Shown: positions 28,787 to 39,838 of the stretch, one piece after another | Numbering within the stretch: the stretch's first letter is position 1 | Layout: each line of letters starts with the position of its first letter | NCBI GenBank assembly: GCA_965223665.1 | Contig: OZ245011.1 | Coordinates: forward strand, 800,001-864,000 | Direction: 5' to 3' | Source of the DNA: Nitrospinaceae bacterium | Lineage (GTDB): Bacteria > Nitrospinota > Nitrospinia > Nitrospinales > Nitrospinaceae | Length of the DNA: 64,000 bases | Program-made: the position numbers and the translations under genes | The notes under the pieces: generated by a model | Told to the model about the DNA's origin: nothing | Databases searched by the model: none | What the model saw: the letters and a program-made list of their open reading frames with translations, nothing else

Positions 28787-31615
28787 ATGAAACTATCCAA
28801 CCTAGGAACTAAACTCCAGAGTTTTGACAAAGAAAGTCTTTCAGACATACTTCACTTTACGGCTACAGGAATAAAAGCAATTTTCCAGTGTGATTCAGTA
28901 AGATTTTATTTAGAGGATTTATATGAGGGAATGCTTATTTGTCATTATGTCACTGGGCAAAATCAACCTGACAAACATCGAATAACAAAATATATCTCAT
29001 CCAAAGAATCTATTTCTTCCCAAGCTTTTTATGATAATGAAGTCACTGTTTCTTGGGATATTGAGGGAGGACTGAGCAATTTTCGAAATCCTTATGAATC
29101 TATTGCTGGAATAAAAAGTACAGCCGTCTTTCCAATAATGTTTCAGATGAGGCCCATCGGCACACTTAATCTTGATTGGAATAAAGAAGGACGAAATTTA
29201 ACATCAAGTCAAATTGATTCCATCGTCTCTTTTTTAACTACCATTAGCCCCATTATTCAAAGGGCAAAGAGTTACCATCAGAAAATTTCATTTTCTAAGC
29301 ATCTTGATAACGCACGCAAAAAAGATGGTGCCTGGTTAATGATGCGTTCCGCAGTTAACTTAATTGAAAAATTAGAATTGGCTTCCGTTTTAATACCATC
29401 CATAAAAATACCGCAAACTTTAAAAGAAATGGTCCCTTCTGACTTAGTTGAGATATTGGCGGTTTACACAAAAAATATAGATCATGTTGGAATTTACGAC
29501 AATAAAGAACAAATCAGTGTCCTAAAAGGTGACCATTTAATTAACAAAATCGTTCATTATGACAAAAATAAGGGACTCTTGATGAACAATGCGTTTCAAG
29601 AAACTATCTATCATAAAAATATTATGAATGAAAAGTTTTCCCGCAAATCTATTGTTAGCAAAATAAATTTAGTTTCATTATACCAGGTACCAAAATACGA
29701 CCCGGATTCTGGACAATTTATTTGTGCCGTTAATTATTACACCAGCGAACCCTATGAATTTACTCCTTTTGAAAAAGGATTATTGCAAGAACATGCTTCG
29801 ATGGTAGAGAATTTGATATTAGAGAAAAGTTCTACTCATATCGAAATTCAAGTATTAAGTGAGATTGAAGGATTACTATCAGAATCGGATAGTTCTCTTC
29901 AAACCTTTCTACATAATATTTTGGCAAAAACCTCTGAGTTATTGGGAGCCGATTGTGGAACCATTAGTCTTTTACAGTTTATTGATGACACTCCCTGGTT
30001 AGTTGTTGAAAGCGATGAGGGGAAATTAATCGGTGCCAAGTCTCGAGGATGGAAAAAAAATAAAATTCCTCCACTCCGTGTTGGAGGAAATGATTTACAC
30101 CATGATTTAAGATCGTTAAATGGTTACTGTGCCCATACTGCCAGACCCGTTTTGTTTGAAGATGTTCAAAATCCCGAAATTACTCAAGGGTTTTATAAAA
30201 ATCTATCTCAATCTATTCGGTCAGAATTAGCCGTTCCAATTATTTTTGATAATCGTGTTTTGGGAGTGATCAATCAGGATAGTTTCCAGGTTAATTATTT
30301 TAATGAAGAACATAAAAAAATATTACAGATTATTTCCACCTTAATATCGCAAAGGGTCCATCACTTACTTCAAATTGACGAAGTAAAACGAGAAATGGCA
30401 GTGGTAAGAAAAGATATCGAATACCGTGATCCAAATGTTTCTTCTTATTATTTGGGAAATGTCATAGGTAAAAGTCGAAAAATTCATAATTTAGTTAAAC
30501 AAATCGATACCGTTGCTGAATCCATTTGTAACCGCATGCTGAATTGGGACCGGGGAAAACAATGGGAAGCTTTAATGGGCTTACCCTGTCTATTAATCAC
30601 TGGAAGCACAGGGACAGGCAAAGAATTTTTTTTCAATAATATTTATTCAAGAATCTCAGAGATTTTCAGTTCTATTAAAGGCCCAGGGTTTCAACTTCCT
30701 CTCAGAAAAACCAACATTGCGGCCTATAGTGGAGAACTTACTTATAGTGAATTATTTGGTCATAAAAAAGGTGCCTTCACCGGTGCAGAATCCAATCGCC
30801 AGGGAATATTAGAAGAAGCTGATGGAGGGATCGTCTTTCTTGATGAGATCGGAGATGCCGATCCAAAAACCCAAGTTCAATTGTTAAGGTTTCTGGATAC
30901 TGGAGCTTTTATGCGGCTGGGGGAAAGCCAGCCAAGATACTCTAGAATATTTCTAGTCGCCGCAACAAACAAGAATCTAAGTAAAGAAATTGAGGAAGGG
31001 AGATTTCGAGAAGATTTGTTTCATAGAATGAATGCCTTAACCTTTTATATTCCCTCTCTAAACCAGCGAAGGGAAGATATTGAAGATTTAGCCACTCACT
31101 TTTTGGGTCGATTATCTCAAACGTATAAAAACGATTCTTTAAACAATACCCTTTATACATTAGATCCAAAAGCAATTGATCTTTTAAAATCCTATCAATA
31201 TAGAGGAAATGTCAGGGAATTAAAAAATATACTATTGCGATCCGTAATGTTCAGCAAAGGCCCGCTGATTAAGCGTGAAGATATAATCGAGGCCAACAAG
31301 GATAACTGGTCGGAACCCAGTTTAATTTCTCAGGAAACTTCACAATTTGAGAAAAACGTTCTAGAAACTTTAGAAAATTCAGGAGGAACCTTTTGGTCCC
31401 ATGTATATGAACCATTTAAAGACAAACAAATCACACGTGACAATGTAAAATCCTTTATTGAGATGGCTAGAAATAAATATCAAGCAAATCTCCCAGGTTT
31501 AGCACTTAAACTTGGAGTCTGCGGAAATGAATTTCGCAAGAATCCAAAAGAATATAAAAAATTTATTAGCTTTAAAAACTTCTTATACAAAACAATAAAA
31601 ATATCCGAGGATTAA
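28787..31615 (+). CDS. Sigma54-dependent enhancer-binding protein with multiple GAF-like domains
   Basis: [48 protein letters not shown]-terminal GAF-type motifs STAVFPIM...IGTLNLD and RSELAVPI...VLGVINQDS. Confidence 0.92.
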   Translation: MKLSNLGTKLQSFDKESLSDILHFTATGIKAIFQCDSVRFYLEDLYEGMLICHYVTGQNQPDKHRITKYISSKESISSQAFYDNEVTVSWDIEGGLSNFRNPYESIAGIKSTAVFPIMFQMRPIGTLNLDWNKEGRNLTSSQIDSIVSFLTTISPIIQRAKSYHQKISFSKHLDNARKKDGAWLMMRSAVNLIEKLELASVLIPSIKIPQTLKEMVPSDLVEILAVYTKNIDHVGIYDNKEQISVLKGDHLINKIVHYDKNKGLLMNNAFQETIYHKNIMNEKFSRKSIVSKINLVSLYQVPKYDPDSGQFICAVNYYTSEPYEFTPFEKGLLQEHASMVENLILEKSSTHIEIQVLSEIEGLLSESDSSLQTFLHNILAKTSELLGADCGTISLLQFIDDTPWLVVESDEGKLIGAKSRGWKKNKIPPLRVGGNDLHHDLRSLNGYCAHTARPVLFEDVQNPEITQGFYKNLSQSIRSELAVPIIFDNRVLGVINQDSFQVNYFNEEHKKILQIISTLISQRVHHLLQIDEVKREMAVVRKDIEYRDPNVSSYYLGNVIGKSRKIHNLVKQIDTVAESICNRMLNWDRGKQWEALMGLPCLLITGSTGTGKEFFFNNIYSRISEIFSSIKGPGFQLPLRKTNIAAYSGELTYSELFGHKKGAFTGAESNRQGILEEADGGIVFLDEIGDADPKTQVQLLRFLDTGAFMRLGESQPRYSRIFLVAATNKNLSKEIEEGRFREDLFHRMNALTFYIPSLNQRREDIEDLATHFLGRLSQTYKNDSLNNTLYTLDPKAIDLLKSYQYRGNVRELKNILLRSVMFSKGPLIKREDIIEANKDNWSEPSLISQETSQFEKNVLETLENSGGTFWSHVYEPFKDKQITRDNVKSFIEMARNKYQANLPGLALKLGVCGNEFRKNPKEYKKFISFKNFLYKTIKISED

Positions 31616-31893
31616 TTATTTTTTAGTTTTTCATTTTTATAAGCTTCCACGACTTTATTGCGAATCATTTTTTTCAAATCTATATTCTCAGCCACTACAA
31701 CTTCCTTATATTGACCCCCTTTTCCTGGTATACTCGGAAATTTGATAAATATTCCTCCATTATCTTTTTCAAATATTTTAATTCCTTTTATTATCAAGGA
31801 ATCTTCAAATTTAATTTCTGCGTATGCCTTTAAATCCTTAAAAGGCAGCCCAGGATCAAAGGGATAAATTTTTACATTGGAAATAGTGATCAT
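31612..31893 (-). CDS. SpoVG-family nucleic-acid-binding protein
   Basis: ISNVKIYP...LKAYAEIKFEDSLIIKGIKI...GIFIKFPS...IRNKVVEAY. Confidence 0.8.
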   Translation of the reverse strand: MITISNVKIYPFDPGLPFKDLKAYAEIKFEDSLIIKGIKIFEKDNGGIFIKFPSIPGKGGQYKEVVVAENIDLKKMIRNKVVEAYKNEKLKNN

Positions 31894-32065
31894 ATCCTTA
31901 CATCCTTTAAATAGTCTGGACGAACAGGGTTTTATCCTGTTAAAATAAGCTGTCGCGAAAAATCTTAAAGATTTTAAGCTTTTATTTTTTCAATATTATA
32001 AAAAATCATTCCTTTTTAAGCAAAATACAGAACGGAAATAATTATAAAATTTTAAGGAGAAGTTC

Positions 32066-33376
32066 ATGAATTCTACAGTGGCCGTCGCTGAAAAATACAA
32101 AGTTAAGGACATTTCCTTGGCTGAATGGGGCCGAGAGGAAATAATTTTGGCCGAAAAAGAAATGCCCGGGTTGATGGCCCTAAGAGAAAAATATGGCTCT
32201 CAAAAACCTTTAAAGGGTGCTCGCATTGCTGGGTCGTTACACATGACCATTCAAACCGCGGTTCTGATTGAAACATTAATTGAATTAGGAGCAGAGGTCC
32301 GATGGGCTTCTTGTAATATTTTTTCTACTCAAGACCATGCAGCCGCCGCAATAGCAAAAGCTAATATCCCTGTTTTTGCCTGGAAAGGTGAAACCGAGGA
32401 AGAATATTGGTGGTGCACCGCACAAACATTATTATTTGATAACGATGAAGGCCCCAATATGATTTTGGATGATGGAGGGGATCTTACCGGATACGTTCAT
32501 GAGAAGCACCCTGAACTGTTAAAAGATATCAAGGGAGTTACTGAAGAAACAACCACTGGCGTTCACAAGCTTTATAAAATGCTTGAAGATGGCGAATTAA
32601 AATTACCTTCCATGAATGTTAATGATTCAGTAACAAAATCCAAATTTGACAATTTATATGGTTGTAGAGAATCCCTGGCTGATGGAATTAAACGAGCTAC
32701 AGATATTATGGTTGCTGGTAAAGTAGTGGTTGTTGCTGGATATGGAGATGTGGGGAAAGGCAGTGCGCAATCGATGCGTTCTTACGGAGCCAGAGTTTTA
32801 ATCACCGAAATTGATCCTATTTGTGCCTTACAAGCAGCCATGGAAGGTTATGAAGTAACAACCATGGAAGAAGCTATTAAAGAAGGTGATATTTTTGTTA
32901 CTACTACGGGTTGTGAAGATATAATTTGCATTGAACACATGGAAAAAATGAAAGACACAGCCATAGTTTGTAATATTGGTCATTTTGATTGCGAAATCCA
33001 GGTTGAGAAGTTAAATAATTTTCCGGGAATTAAAAAAGAAGAAATTAAGCCACAAGTTGACAAATACACTTTTCCTGATGGGCATCGAATTATTTTATTA
33101 GCCGAAGGACGATTAGTAAACCTAGGTTGCGCCACAGGACATCCCTCTTTTGTAATGTCAAATTCATTCACAAACCAAGTATTGGCTCAAATTGAATTAT
33201 ATACAAAAGAATATAAAGTTGGTGTTTATACATTGCCTAAAATTCTGGATGAAGAAGTGGCTCGATTACATTTAGACATGTTGGGAGTCAAACTCACCCG
33301 GCTTACTGAAAAACAATCGAAATATTTAAATATTCCAGTCGAAGGGCCATATAAACCAGAACATTACAGATACTAA
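32066..33376 (+). CDS. ahcY: Adenosylhomocysteinase
   Basis: [54 protein letters not shown]. Confidence 0.98.
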   Translation: MNSTVAVAEKYKVKDISLAEWGREEIILAEKEMPGLMALREKYGSQKPLKGARIAGSLHMTIQTAVLIETLIELGAEVRWASCNIFSTQDHAAAAIAKANIPVFAWKGETEEEYWWCTAQTLLFDNDEGPNMILDDGGDLTGYVHEKHPELLKDIKGVTEETTTGVHKLYKMLEDGELKLPSMNVNDSVTKSKFDNLYGCRESLADGIKRATDIMVAGKVVVVAGYGDVGKGSAQSMRSYGARVLITEIDPICALQAAMEGYEVTTMEEAIKEGDIFVTTTGCEDIICIEHMEKMKDTAIVCNIGHFDCEIQVEKLNNFPGIKKEEIKPQVDKYTFPDGHRIILLAEGRLVNLGCATGHPSFVMSNSFTNQVLAQIELYTKEYKVGVYTLPKILDEEVARLHLDMLGVKLTRLTEKQSKYLNIPVEGPYKPEHYRY

Positions 33377-33397
33377 AAACGGAATTATTATAAAATG

Positions 33398-33428
33398 AAA
33401 GCGGTGCCCTTTAGGGCACCGCTTTTTT
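33398..33428. terminator. Bidirectional terminator between convergent ahcY and oleB
   Basis: AAAGCGGTGCCCT-TT-AGGGCACCGCTTTTTT perfect inverted repeat. Confidence 0.88.
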
Positions 33429-33439
33429 CATTTAAAATA

Positions 33440-34345
33440 TTAATTTTTTGGATCAATGATTGGATGGCTTTTAAAAAATTGCAACAACCACGGGATTATC
33501 ATTTCATCTGCATCCTCTACCACATAATGCCCCGCCTTTTCAATTTCATGGACTTCTGCATTGGGAAATATCTGCTCCCATCTTTTTAAAAAATGATCCG
33601 TAAAGACAAAATCTTTTTTTCCCCAAATAATTGAAACAGGTAAATTTTGAAAGGTAGCCAACTTGGACTCAATTGATTGAATAACGGGATAACTGGGAAC
33701 TTCAGGACCAACTGGAATATCCTGAACAAACCTAAGGGTAGCAATTCTATTTTCAGGGGAATTATAAGGTGCTAAATACCCTCTTCCAACCTTTCCGACA
33801 ACTCGTTCTTTTTTCTTACAAGCCCAAGCTAATGCACCCCGCGCAAAAGCATTAAATTTCAAAATGGCCATCGGCCCAATTTGGGGATGTCTTCCCAATT
33901 TTAGCGAAAATGGTAATTGATCAGACAAAAAAGCAGCTGTATTAAATAACACCAATCGTTTGATTTGTTGAGGAAATCTAACAGCGTATCCCATTCCAAT
34001 GGCTCCCCCCCAGTCATGCATAATTAAGGTGATATCTTTCAATTTCAAATCATTTACCAGCTCAGTCAAATTCTCAATATGCTTGGAAAGAGTATAATTG
34101 TACTCTTGAGGCTTATCAGACAAACCACAACCCATATGGTCAGGAACAATACATCGATAATTATGCCTAAGACCTTTTATTAAATTCCTATAATAAAAAG
34201 ACCAGGTAGGATTGCCATGAAGCATAAGAAGAGTTTCTCCAAACCCTTCGTCTAAATAGTGATAATTATAGGACCCAATTTTTATAAATCTGGATTTAAA
34301 AGGATAGATATCTCGAAATTCTTCAATTGAAACGTTACTCACCAT
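33440..34345 (-). CDS. oleB: OleB-type alpha/beta hydrolase (beta-lactone decarboxylase, haloalkane dehalogenase-like)
   Basis: LHGNPTWSFYYR, PDHMGCGLSDKP, HDWGGAIG, NTAAF, GHYVVEDA; overlaps the oleA stop. Confidence 0.8.
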   Translation of the reverse strand: MVSNVSIEEFRDIYPFKSRFIKIGSYNYHYLDEGFGETLLMLHGNPTWSFYYRNLIKGLRHNYRCIVPDHMGCGLSDKPQEYNYTLSKHIENLTELVNDLKLKDITLIMHDWGGAIGMGYAVRFPQQIKRLVLFNTAAFLSDQLPFSLKLGRHPQIGPMAILKFNAFARGALAWACKKKERVVGKVGRGYLAPYNSPENRIATLRFVQDIPVGPEVPSYPVIQSIESKLATFQNLPVSIIWGKKDFVFTDHFLKRWEQIFPNAEVHEIEKAGHYVVEDADEMIIPWLLQFFKSHPIIDPKN

Positions 34346-35385
34346 TCAACGCCCAGCATTAAACAATTTAGTCCACTACCAATTCCTAATAAAGCCGCCT
34401 TTTGCCCCTTTCGAATCGCTTCTCTTTCTTCTCCAATTGCCAGAGTAATTGGAAGGGCGGCTGATCCGGTATTGCCTAAAAACTCAAGGGTTGAAAAATC
34501 TTTGCTGAGATCAAGGCCTAAAGTTTCATACAAAAGCTTTCGTTGCATAGAACCTACTTGATGACAAAAAATTCTTTCAACATCACCATTCGTCCAGTTT
34601 AATTTTGATTTGAATTGCTCCCAAGAAGATTGTGCCAGCCTTACTCCTTCTTTCATTAAAGTTTCAGAATCTGTTTCCATTAAAGGAGCAGCCTCCAAAC
34701 CCATTCCAGAATCTTCATTCCCTTGACATAATTTATTAAAGCGGGTTTCAGCATTTGCAATTCCGCCCAAAAGTTTATGGTTTAACTTTGATATATTTTT
34801 GTGCACTAAAAGTACTGCCACTGCAGCCGATCCGATGGTAAGAGATGCAAACGAGGATTTGATTTTTGATCTAGACGGATTAGGGTCCGCCAACAAGGAT
34901 TCTATAGTAGTTTTAACTAACGGACCACCATTTTCCCCCGCTACAACAAGACCTGCTTGAATTTGGCCCATTTCTATCATATTTGCCACGTGCACCATTC
35001 CATTTAACACACCTAGACAAGCATTGGAAATATCAAAAACCATAGACTTACTGGATAATTTCAAATTATGGTGAATAACTGATGCAGTAGCAGGTTCAAT
35101 GAAATCCCGGCAAACTGAAGCACAAATTAAGCATTCAATTTGGTTCCGATCAAAGTTTATTTTCCTAATCGCATTTTCCCCCGCAAGAGAACTAACTTGA
35201 CTAGGAAATACTCCTTTATCCCAAAACCTTCTCTCAGCTATTCCACTCATCAACTCCAATCTTCCTGATGAGAGTTTCAATTGATCATATACCGGTTGAA
35301 GCTGACGTTCTATGTCTAAAGACGTCACAACATTTTCGGGCAAATGATATCCAAGAGATTCAATGCAAACGTTTTTAAATAACAC
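34339..35385 (-). CDS. oleA: OleA-type thiolase/FabH-like head-to-head acyl-CoA condensing enzyme
   Basis: SVCRDFIEPATA (catalytic Glu), FDISNACLG (Cys), HQVG, GNTGS, LLGIGSGLNC. Confidence 0.85.
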   Translation of the reverse strand: MLFKNVCIESLGYHLPENVVTSLDIERQLQPVYDQLKLSSGRLELMSGIAERRFWDKGVFPSQVSSLAGENAIRKINFDRNQIECLICASVCRDFIEPATASVIHHNLKLSSKSMVFDISNACLGVLNGMVHVANMIEMGQIQAGLVVAGENGGPLVKTTIESLLADPNPSRSKIKSSFASLTIGSAAVAVLLVHKNISKLNHKLLGGIANAETRFNKLCQGNEDSGMGLEAAPLMETDSETLMKEGVRLAQSSWEQFKSKLNWTNGDVERIFCHQVGSMQRKLLYETLGLDLSKDFSTLEFLGNTGSAALPITLAIGEEREAIRKGQKAALLGIGSGLNCLMLGVEW

Positions 35386-35399
35386 TTATTTTTTCCAAT

Positions 35400-37136
35400 T
35401 TATTCTGCGGGCCCATAAACCTGCATTTCATAATATTTTTGATATTGTTTGCAATTGTTTAATAACTCATCGTGTGTACCAGAACCGACAATACTTCCAT
35501 GTTCCATAACGATTATTCGATCAGCATTTTTTATGGTAGATAATCTATGGGCAATAACAAAAGTGGTTCGATGTTCCATTAAATTATGTAGAGCATCTTG
35601 TACCAGTTTTTCAGATTCTGCATCTAATGCCGAGGTAGCTTCATCCAAAATCAAAATAGGCGCATTTCTTAAAATAGCTCTGGCAATGGCTATTCTTTGC
35701 CTTTGACCTCCAGAAAGTTTTAAACCACGCTCTCCTATCACAGTATCATAGCCATCATCCAATCGTCCGGCAAAGATATCAACATGCGCAGCTTTCGCAG
35801 CATCTAATATATCTTCACGTGTAGCATCGGGATTTCCAAATCCTATATTCGCCCAAATAGTGTCATTAAATAAAAATGTTTCCTGAGTTACTAAGGCTAA
35901 ATGTCGACGAAGAGAATTACTATTTATTTCATTTATATTTAATCCATCAATTGTAATTTCGCCTTTTGTCACTTTAAAAAACTTAAACAATAAATCCGCT
36001 AGTGTCGTTTTTCCCGCTCCACTCATTCCAACAATTGCGAGAACATCCGATTTATCAATTCTAAGGTTAATATCTTTTAAAACCATTGAATCACGAGTAG
36101 GATATTTAAAATTTACATTTTTATATTCGATACAATCGCTGAATCCCTGGAACTCTCTTTTACCATCTCCGGTTCGTTCTTCTTCAATATCCAGAACATC
36201 AAAAACTCTTTCGGAGGCAGCTAAAGCTTTTTGAGCATCAGTGTAAGTTTTAAATAATAAACGAAGAGGATCGTACATCATAAATATACCCAAAACAAAA
36301 GCAATGAATGTTCCCTGACTTACTTCTTCCATGAGAACTTGATAACCACCCCACCAAAGAATGACAGATCCGCCTAATACACCAAGGACTTCCATTAAAG
36401 GAGAAGTTAACTCAGTATATTTAACGTCCTTGCGCATTACATTTAAAAATTCCTTATTATGCTTATGGAGTTTATCCTCCTCAATTTTCTCAAGACCAAA
36501 GGCCCTTACTACCTTAATTCCCGAAAAAGATTCTAAAATTATTGAATTAATATCCGCTAATAACTCTTGGCCTCTTCTCCCCAATCGCCTCAATTTTTTG
36601 GCAATGGTGGCTGTGGGAAGTATTGCCACAGGAATAACAATGATAGAAATTAATGCCCAATCCCACTTTAAATAAAACACCCAAAATAAAAGACCGATCA
36701 ACATCACTCCATTTTGTAATGCATCTTTTACCTGTTTAGTAATCGTTAGAAGCATTGCATTTACATCATTGATCACTCGAGACATCAGTTGACCTGTTGT
36801 ATCTTTCTCGAAATAACCATAAGGTAACTTATGAATGTGCTTGAACAATTTTATTCTCAAACTTGCAACTAATTCCCAACCAATTTGATAAATAATCCGT
36901 GATTGAATATATCGAAGTGCTCCTTTAATAATATAAAGAACAATAACAATAGCGGGGATAATTTTAAGCATTTCGAAATCTTTATTCATAAAGATTTCAT
37001 CAAAGGTTTTTTGAACAATAGGAACTGGAGAAGTTGATAAGGCTCCAACTATAACAGAGGTAAAAATGGTCAATATTACTTTCCCTTTGTAGGGAACCAA
37101 AAACCGAATTAATCGTTTATAAAGCTGGATATTCAC
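35400..37136 (-). CDS. msbA: MsbA-like ABC exporter (fused permease + ATPase)
   Basis: TM domain with GQLMSRVINDV; GMSGAGKT, LSGGQRQR, ILDEATSALD, IAHRLST. Confidence 0.8.
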   Translation of the reverse strand: MNIQLYKRLIRFLVPYKGKVILTIFTSVIVGALSTSPVPIVQKTFDEIFMNKDFEMLKIIPAIVIVLYIIKGALRYIQSRIIYQIGWELVASLRIKLFKHIHKLPYGYFEKDTTGQLMSRVINDVNAMLLTITKQVKDALQNGVMLIGLLFWVFYLKWDWALISIIVIPVAILPTATIAKKLRRLGRRGQELLADINSIILESFSGIKVVRAFGLEKIEEDKLHKHNKEFLNVMRKDVKYTELTSPLMEVLGVLGGSVILWWGGYQVLMEEVSQGTFIAFVLGIFMMYDPLRLLFKTYTDAQKALAASERVFDVLDIEEERTGDGKREFQGFSDCIEYKNVNFKYPTRDSMVLKDINLRIDKSDVLAIVGMSGAGKTTLADLLFKFFKVTKGEITIDGLNINEINSNSLRRHLALVTQETFLFNDTIWANIGFGNPDATREDILDAAKAAHVDIFAGRLDDGYDTVIGERGLKLSGGQRQRIAIARAILRNAPILILDEATSALDAESEKLVQDALHNLMEHRTTFVIAHRLSTIKNADRIIVMEHGSIVGSGTHDELLNNCKQYQKYYEMQVYGPAE

Positions 37137-37178
37137 TTTGGTATAATTGAAGTGATGATTAAATTACGAAAGGACGTT

Positions 37179-37210
37179 AAAAAGCCCCTGCCAACCAAAG
37201 ACAAGGGCTT
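37179..37210 (-). terminator. Intrinsic terminator after the USP gene
   Basis: Minus strand AAGCCCTTGTC-loop-GGCAGGGGCTTTTT (stem with G-U pairs). Confidence 0.6.
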
Positions 37211-37276
37211 CTTATATTATAGACTAAATACAAATAGAATAATTTAAAACATTTTTTGAAGTTTGGTTCTTGGAAA

Positions 37277-39325
37277 TTATTTTTTATCGGGTAAGAAGTC
37301 CTCCAAAGTGGCTCCACTATTGATCATTTCGGTCATCACTTTAATGGACTCTTCAATTCCCTTTTGGCAAAGATCTAAATCAATTCTATATTCTTCAATA
37401 TGGTTAGCATAATCCAGGACCCGCTCTCGAGTATTATCTCGCATAAACCCTTGAGGCACTTGCTCAATTCGAGCAATTGCATCCGCAGTCCAGGTAAACT
37501 TACCTGGGTCAATCATTTGACCTTTACAAAAATTCTTTCCCTCAAACTTTGTAGTATCACCATAAGGCTGAGCCCCATTTCCATTACCGTTTCCGTTTGG
37601 AGCGGGTTTTGGAGTTTGAACTTCCTGGTTTGAATCAGCCTTTTTACCGTCAGCACGCTCATTAAGAATTTTTTCTGCAAAAGCCAGAGAAATGGTCTCT
37701 ACCTTTTGAATGCGCGCATTTTTCTCAATTCTTGCATGAGCTCGATTTCGAATATGACCTTCGGAATATTTGTTTAACAATTCTCGAGCATCTTCAGTCC
37801 AGGTCACCTTAACTGAATCGAACGTAGTTACAGTAGTAGATTTTTCCTCTTCCTTGGAAGATGGTTTGTATTCCGTTTGGTCCAGCGCAATTAATGACTC
37901 AGAACCACAAACACTACATTTAACAACATCTGCATTCAAATAAGTACTACATTTTGAACACTTAAGGGCCTTAACTTCATTTTCTTCTTGAACTTTATCA
38001 ACTTCAACCGCAAATTTCTTCTCCAAATCTCTTTGCCTGTCTTCAATCATTCCCTCTAATGGATCTTCGCCACGGGCCATCTTGTCGCGCATTTGATCCC
38101 CAATGTTATACATGGCTTGCATAGCTCCAGCCGGAAGAATTGTTTCGCAAGCTTCTGTAATAACACTTGACGTAATCATACTGTGGCCTCTTTCCAAGGC
38201 ATAACGTAAAATTGCTGCAGTTGCCATGGGGCGCACAAACCCAGGAATCTTTTTCAGTCGCTCTTTAGCCTCAACTGTCCAGTCAATACTCTCTTCAGCC
38301 TGCATATCAATTGGCGGCTTATACACTTTACTAGACAAATAAACATTACAAGGAACAAGCCTCAATAAATTCTCGGTATTTCCCCCAATATCCATATCTG
38401 GTGCACTATGAACCCCAATTCTCCCCAAAACCAACATATATGGATTTTCTTCTCTCGCATACTGAAGAACTTTTTCAAAAACTTTTCCATCTAAGAGGCG
38501 AATCGTACATTCATATCCCTCGTCTTCCACAATTTTTCTGGAAACCTCTAAATGGGATTGGTAAATCTTGGCTAAACCTTTATCAATAATGTCTTCATGG
38601 AGTTTTTCCTGCTGCTCAAATTTGAACACTTTGGCTGCATCTTTAGAAAGAACACCAGTCAAGCTATTGAACATGGCGTAATGAAAATAAGGATCGAATG
38701 TAGAAATAACTTCTAAAGGACGGTTCAATGCTTTAGCAATATCAATGGCTGTTTTCAAACCACCATAAGCTTGACCACTTCCGTCAACCGCAACCACAAT
38801 TTTTCCGCTTGAAGCTTTTTCTTCGTGAATTGCCGGAACATGTTTTACGATCAAAGTATCAGTTTCAACACGCCGAATCACTCGTTCGGTAACTGTACCA
38901 ATCTGGCTATCTTTAATCGCACCTAAACCCAGGGCACCCATAATGACTAAATCATAATCAGACTCTTTGATATCACGAACTAATTCTATCCAATTACGTC
39001 CTTCAAGGGACTTTCCTACAAAGGGAATATTGTTGGCTTTGCATTTGTATTTGGGAACATCCAAATAGGAGTCCGTAATAACTTCCATACCTTTGGTAAT
39101 CAGTTGATCGTGAATCGCACGCTGCTTTTCCAACTCCTCTTCATCCTGGTACTCCTCTGGTAGACCACTTTCCATTTGACGAAAACGAACATCATGCATT
39201 TTTGCAGCATAGACATGACTGGCAGATATGGTGGTTTCACTAGAGTCCGCAAATTCAAGAGCTAAATCAATACAAGCGTTTGAATAGTCGGAATTATCGA
39301 CTGGAACGTAAATGTTTTTAAACAT
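37277..39325 (-). CDS. Tandem universal stress protein fused to three PCP_red-like domains and a CxxC-CxxC ribbon
   Basis: FKNIYVPVDNS / KIVVAVDGS USP starts, GALGLGAIKDSQIGT; WTVEAKERLKKIPGFVR, WTEDARELL, WTADAIARIEQVPQGFMR; CSKC...CSVC. Start ATG 39325 has a GGAGA RBS (track gives 39346). Confidence 0.85.
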   Translation of the reverse strand: MFKNIYVPVDNSDYSNACIDLALEFADSSETTISASHVYAAKMHDVRFRQMESGLPEEYQDEEELEKQRAIHDQLITKGMEVITDSYLDVPKYKCKANNIPFVGKSLEGRNWIELVRDIKESDYDLVIMGALGLGAIKDSQIGTVTERVIRRVETDTLIVKHVPAIHEEKASSGKIVVAVDGSGQAYGGLKTAIDIAKALNRPLEVISTFDPYFHYAMFNSLTGVLSKDAAKVFKFEQQEKLHEDIIDKGLAKIYQSHLEVSRKIVEDEGYECTIRLLDGKVFEKVLQYAREENPYMLVLGRIGVHSAPDMDIGGNTENLLRLVPCNVYLSSKVYKPPIDMQAEESIDWTVEAKERLKKIPGFVRPMATAAILRYALERGHSMITSSVITEACETILPAGAMQAMYNIGDQMRDKMARGEDPLEGMIEDRQRDLEKKFAVEVDKVQEENEVKALKCSKCSTYLNADVVKCSVCGSESLIALDQTEYKPSSKEEEKSTTVTTFDSVKVTWTEDARELLNKYSEGHIRNRAHARIEKNARIQKVETISLAFAEKILNERADGKKADSNQEVQTPKPAPNGNGNGNGAQPYGDTTKFEGKNFCKGQMIDPGKFTWTADAIARIEQVPQGFMRDNTRERVLDYANHIEEYRIDLDLCQKGIEESIKVMTEMINSGATLEDFLPDKK

Positions 39326-39838
39326 GGGGTTTATTTCTCCGCACAAAAACCAATTATATTTATCAAATTATTTTGAATTCAAAATTTTATACTGTCGTAA
39401 AACAAACAAATCCAAATGTTTTGGGAAAAAATACAGAAATCCCAAAATACATAAATGCTTGCAAATTCTAACAAAATTATTATCGCTGTCAATATAAAAG
39501 GGTCTTCAAAATCCAATCAAAAAAATATTATTATAAAAATTTTACTCACTAATTCCATAATATTTGGGAAAACAAAAAATCGGAAAACTTAAGAGACTAA
39601 TTTCAATAAATATACTAAACTTATTGATTTTTTTGAGCTAATAACCTTTTCACCTTTTTCAAACTTTTTTCCCAAAAAATATTCATTGTGGTTATAATTT
39701 AATTGCCATTTGAGAGAAATTGGATTCTGTCTACTCAAACTTTTAAAAAAATAACTACAATTTTCCCCTTCCAGAGTTTTTATAATCAGGGAAAAACAAT
39801 TTAATATACATAGACTGCAGATAATTAAGGAGAGATAA

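Noticed and set aside
31612..31893. SpoVG as a sign of sporulation
   Set aside because: SpoVG homologs are general nucleic-acid-binding proteins found in many non-sporulating bacteria.
31894..32065. SAH riboswitch upstream of ahcY
   Set aside because: Only a short AACAGG/CCTGTT hairpin; the conserved SAH riboswitch core (GAGGAGCG...AGGCUC) is absent.
39347..39838. ORFs 39312-39497 and 39589-39855, or an ncRNA, in the long AT-rich gap
   Set aside because: Low-complexity AT-rich translations overlapping real starts; no stable structure seen; best read as a divergent promoter region.
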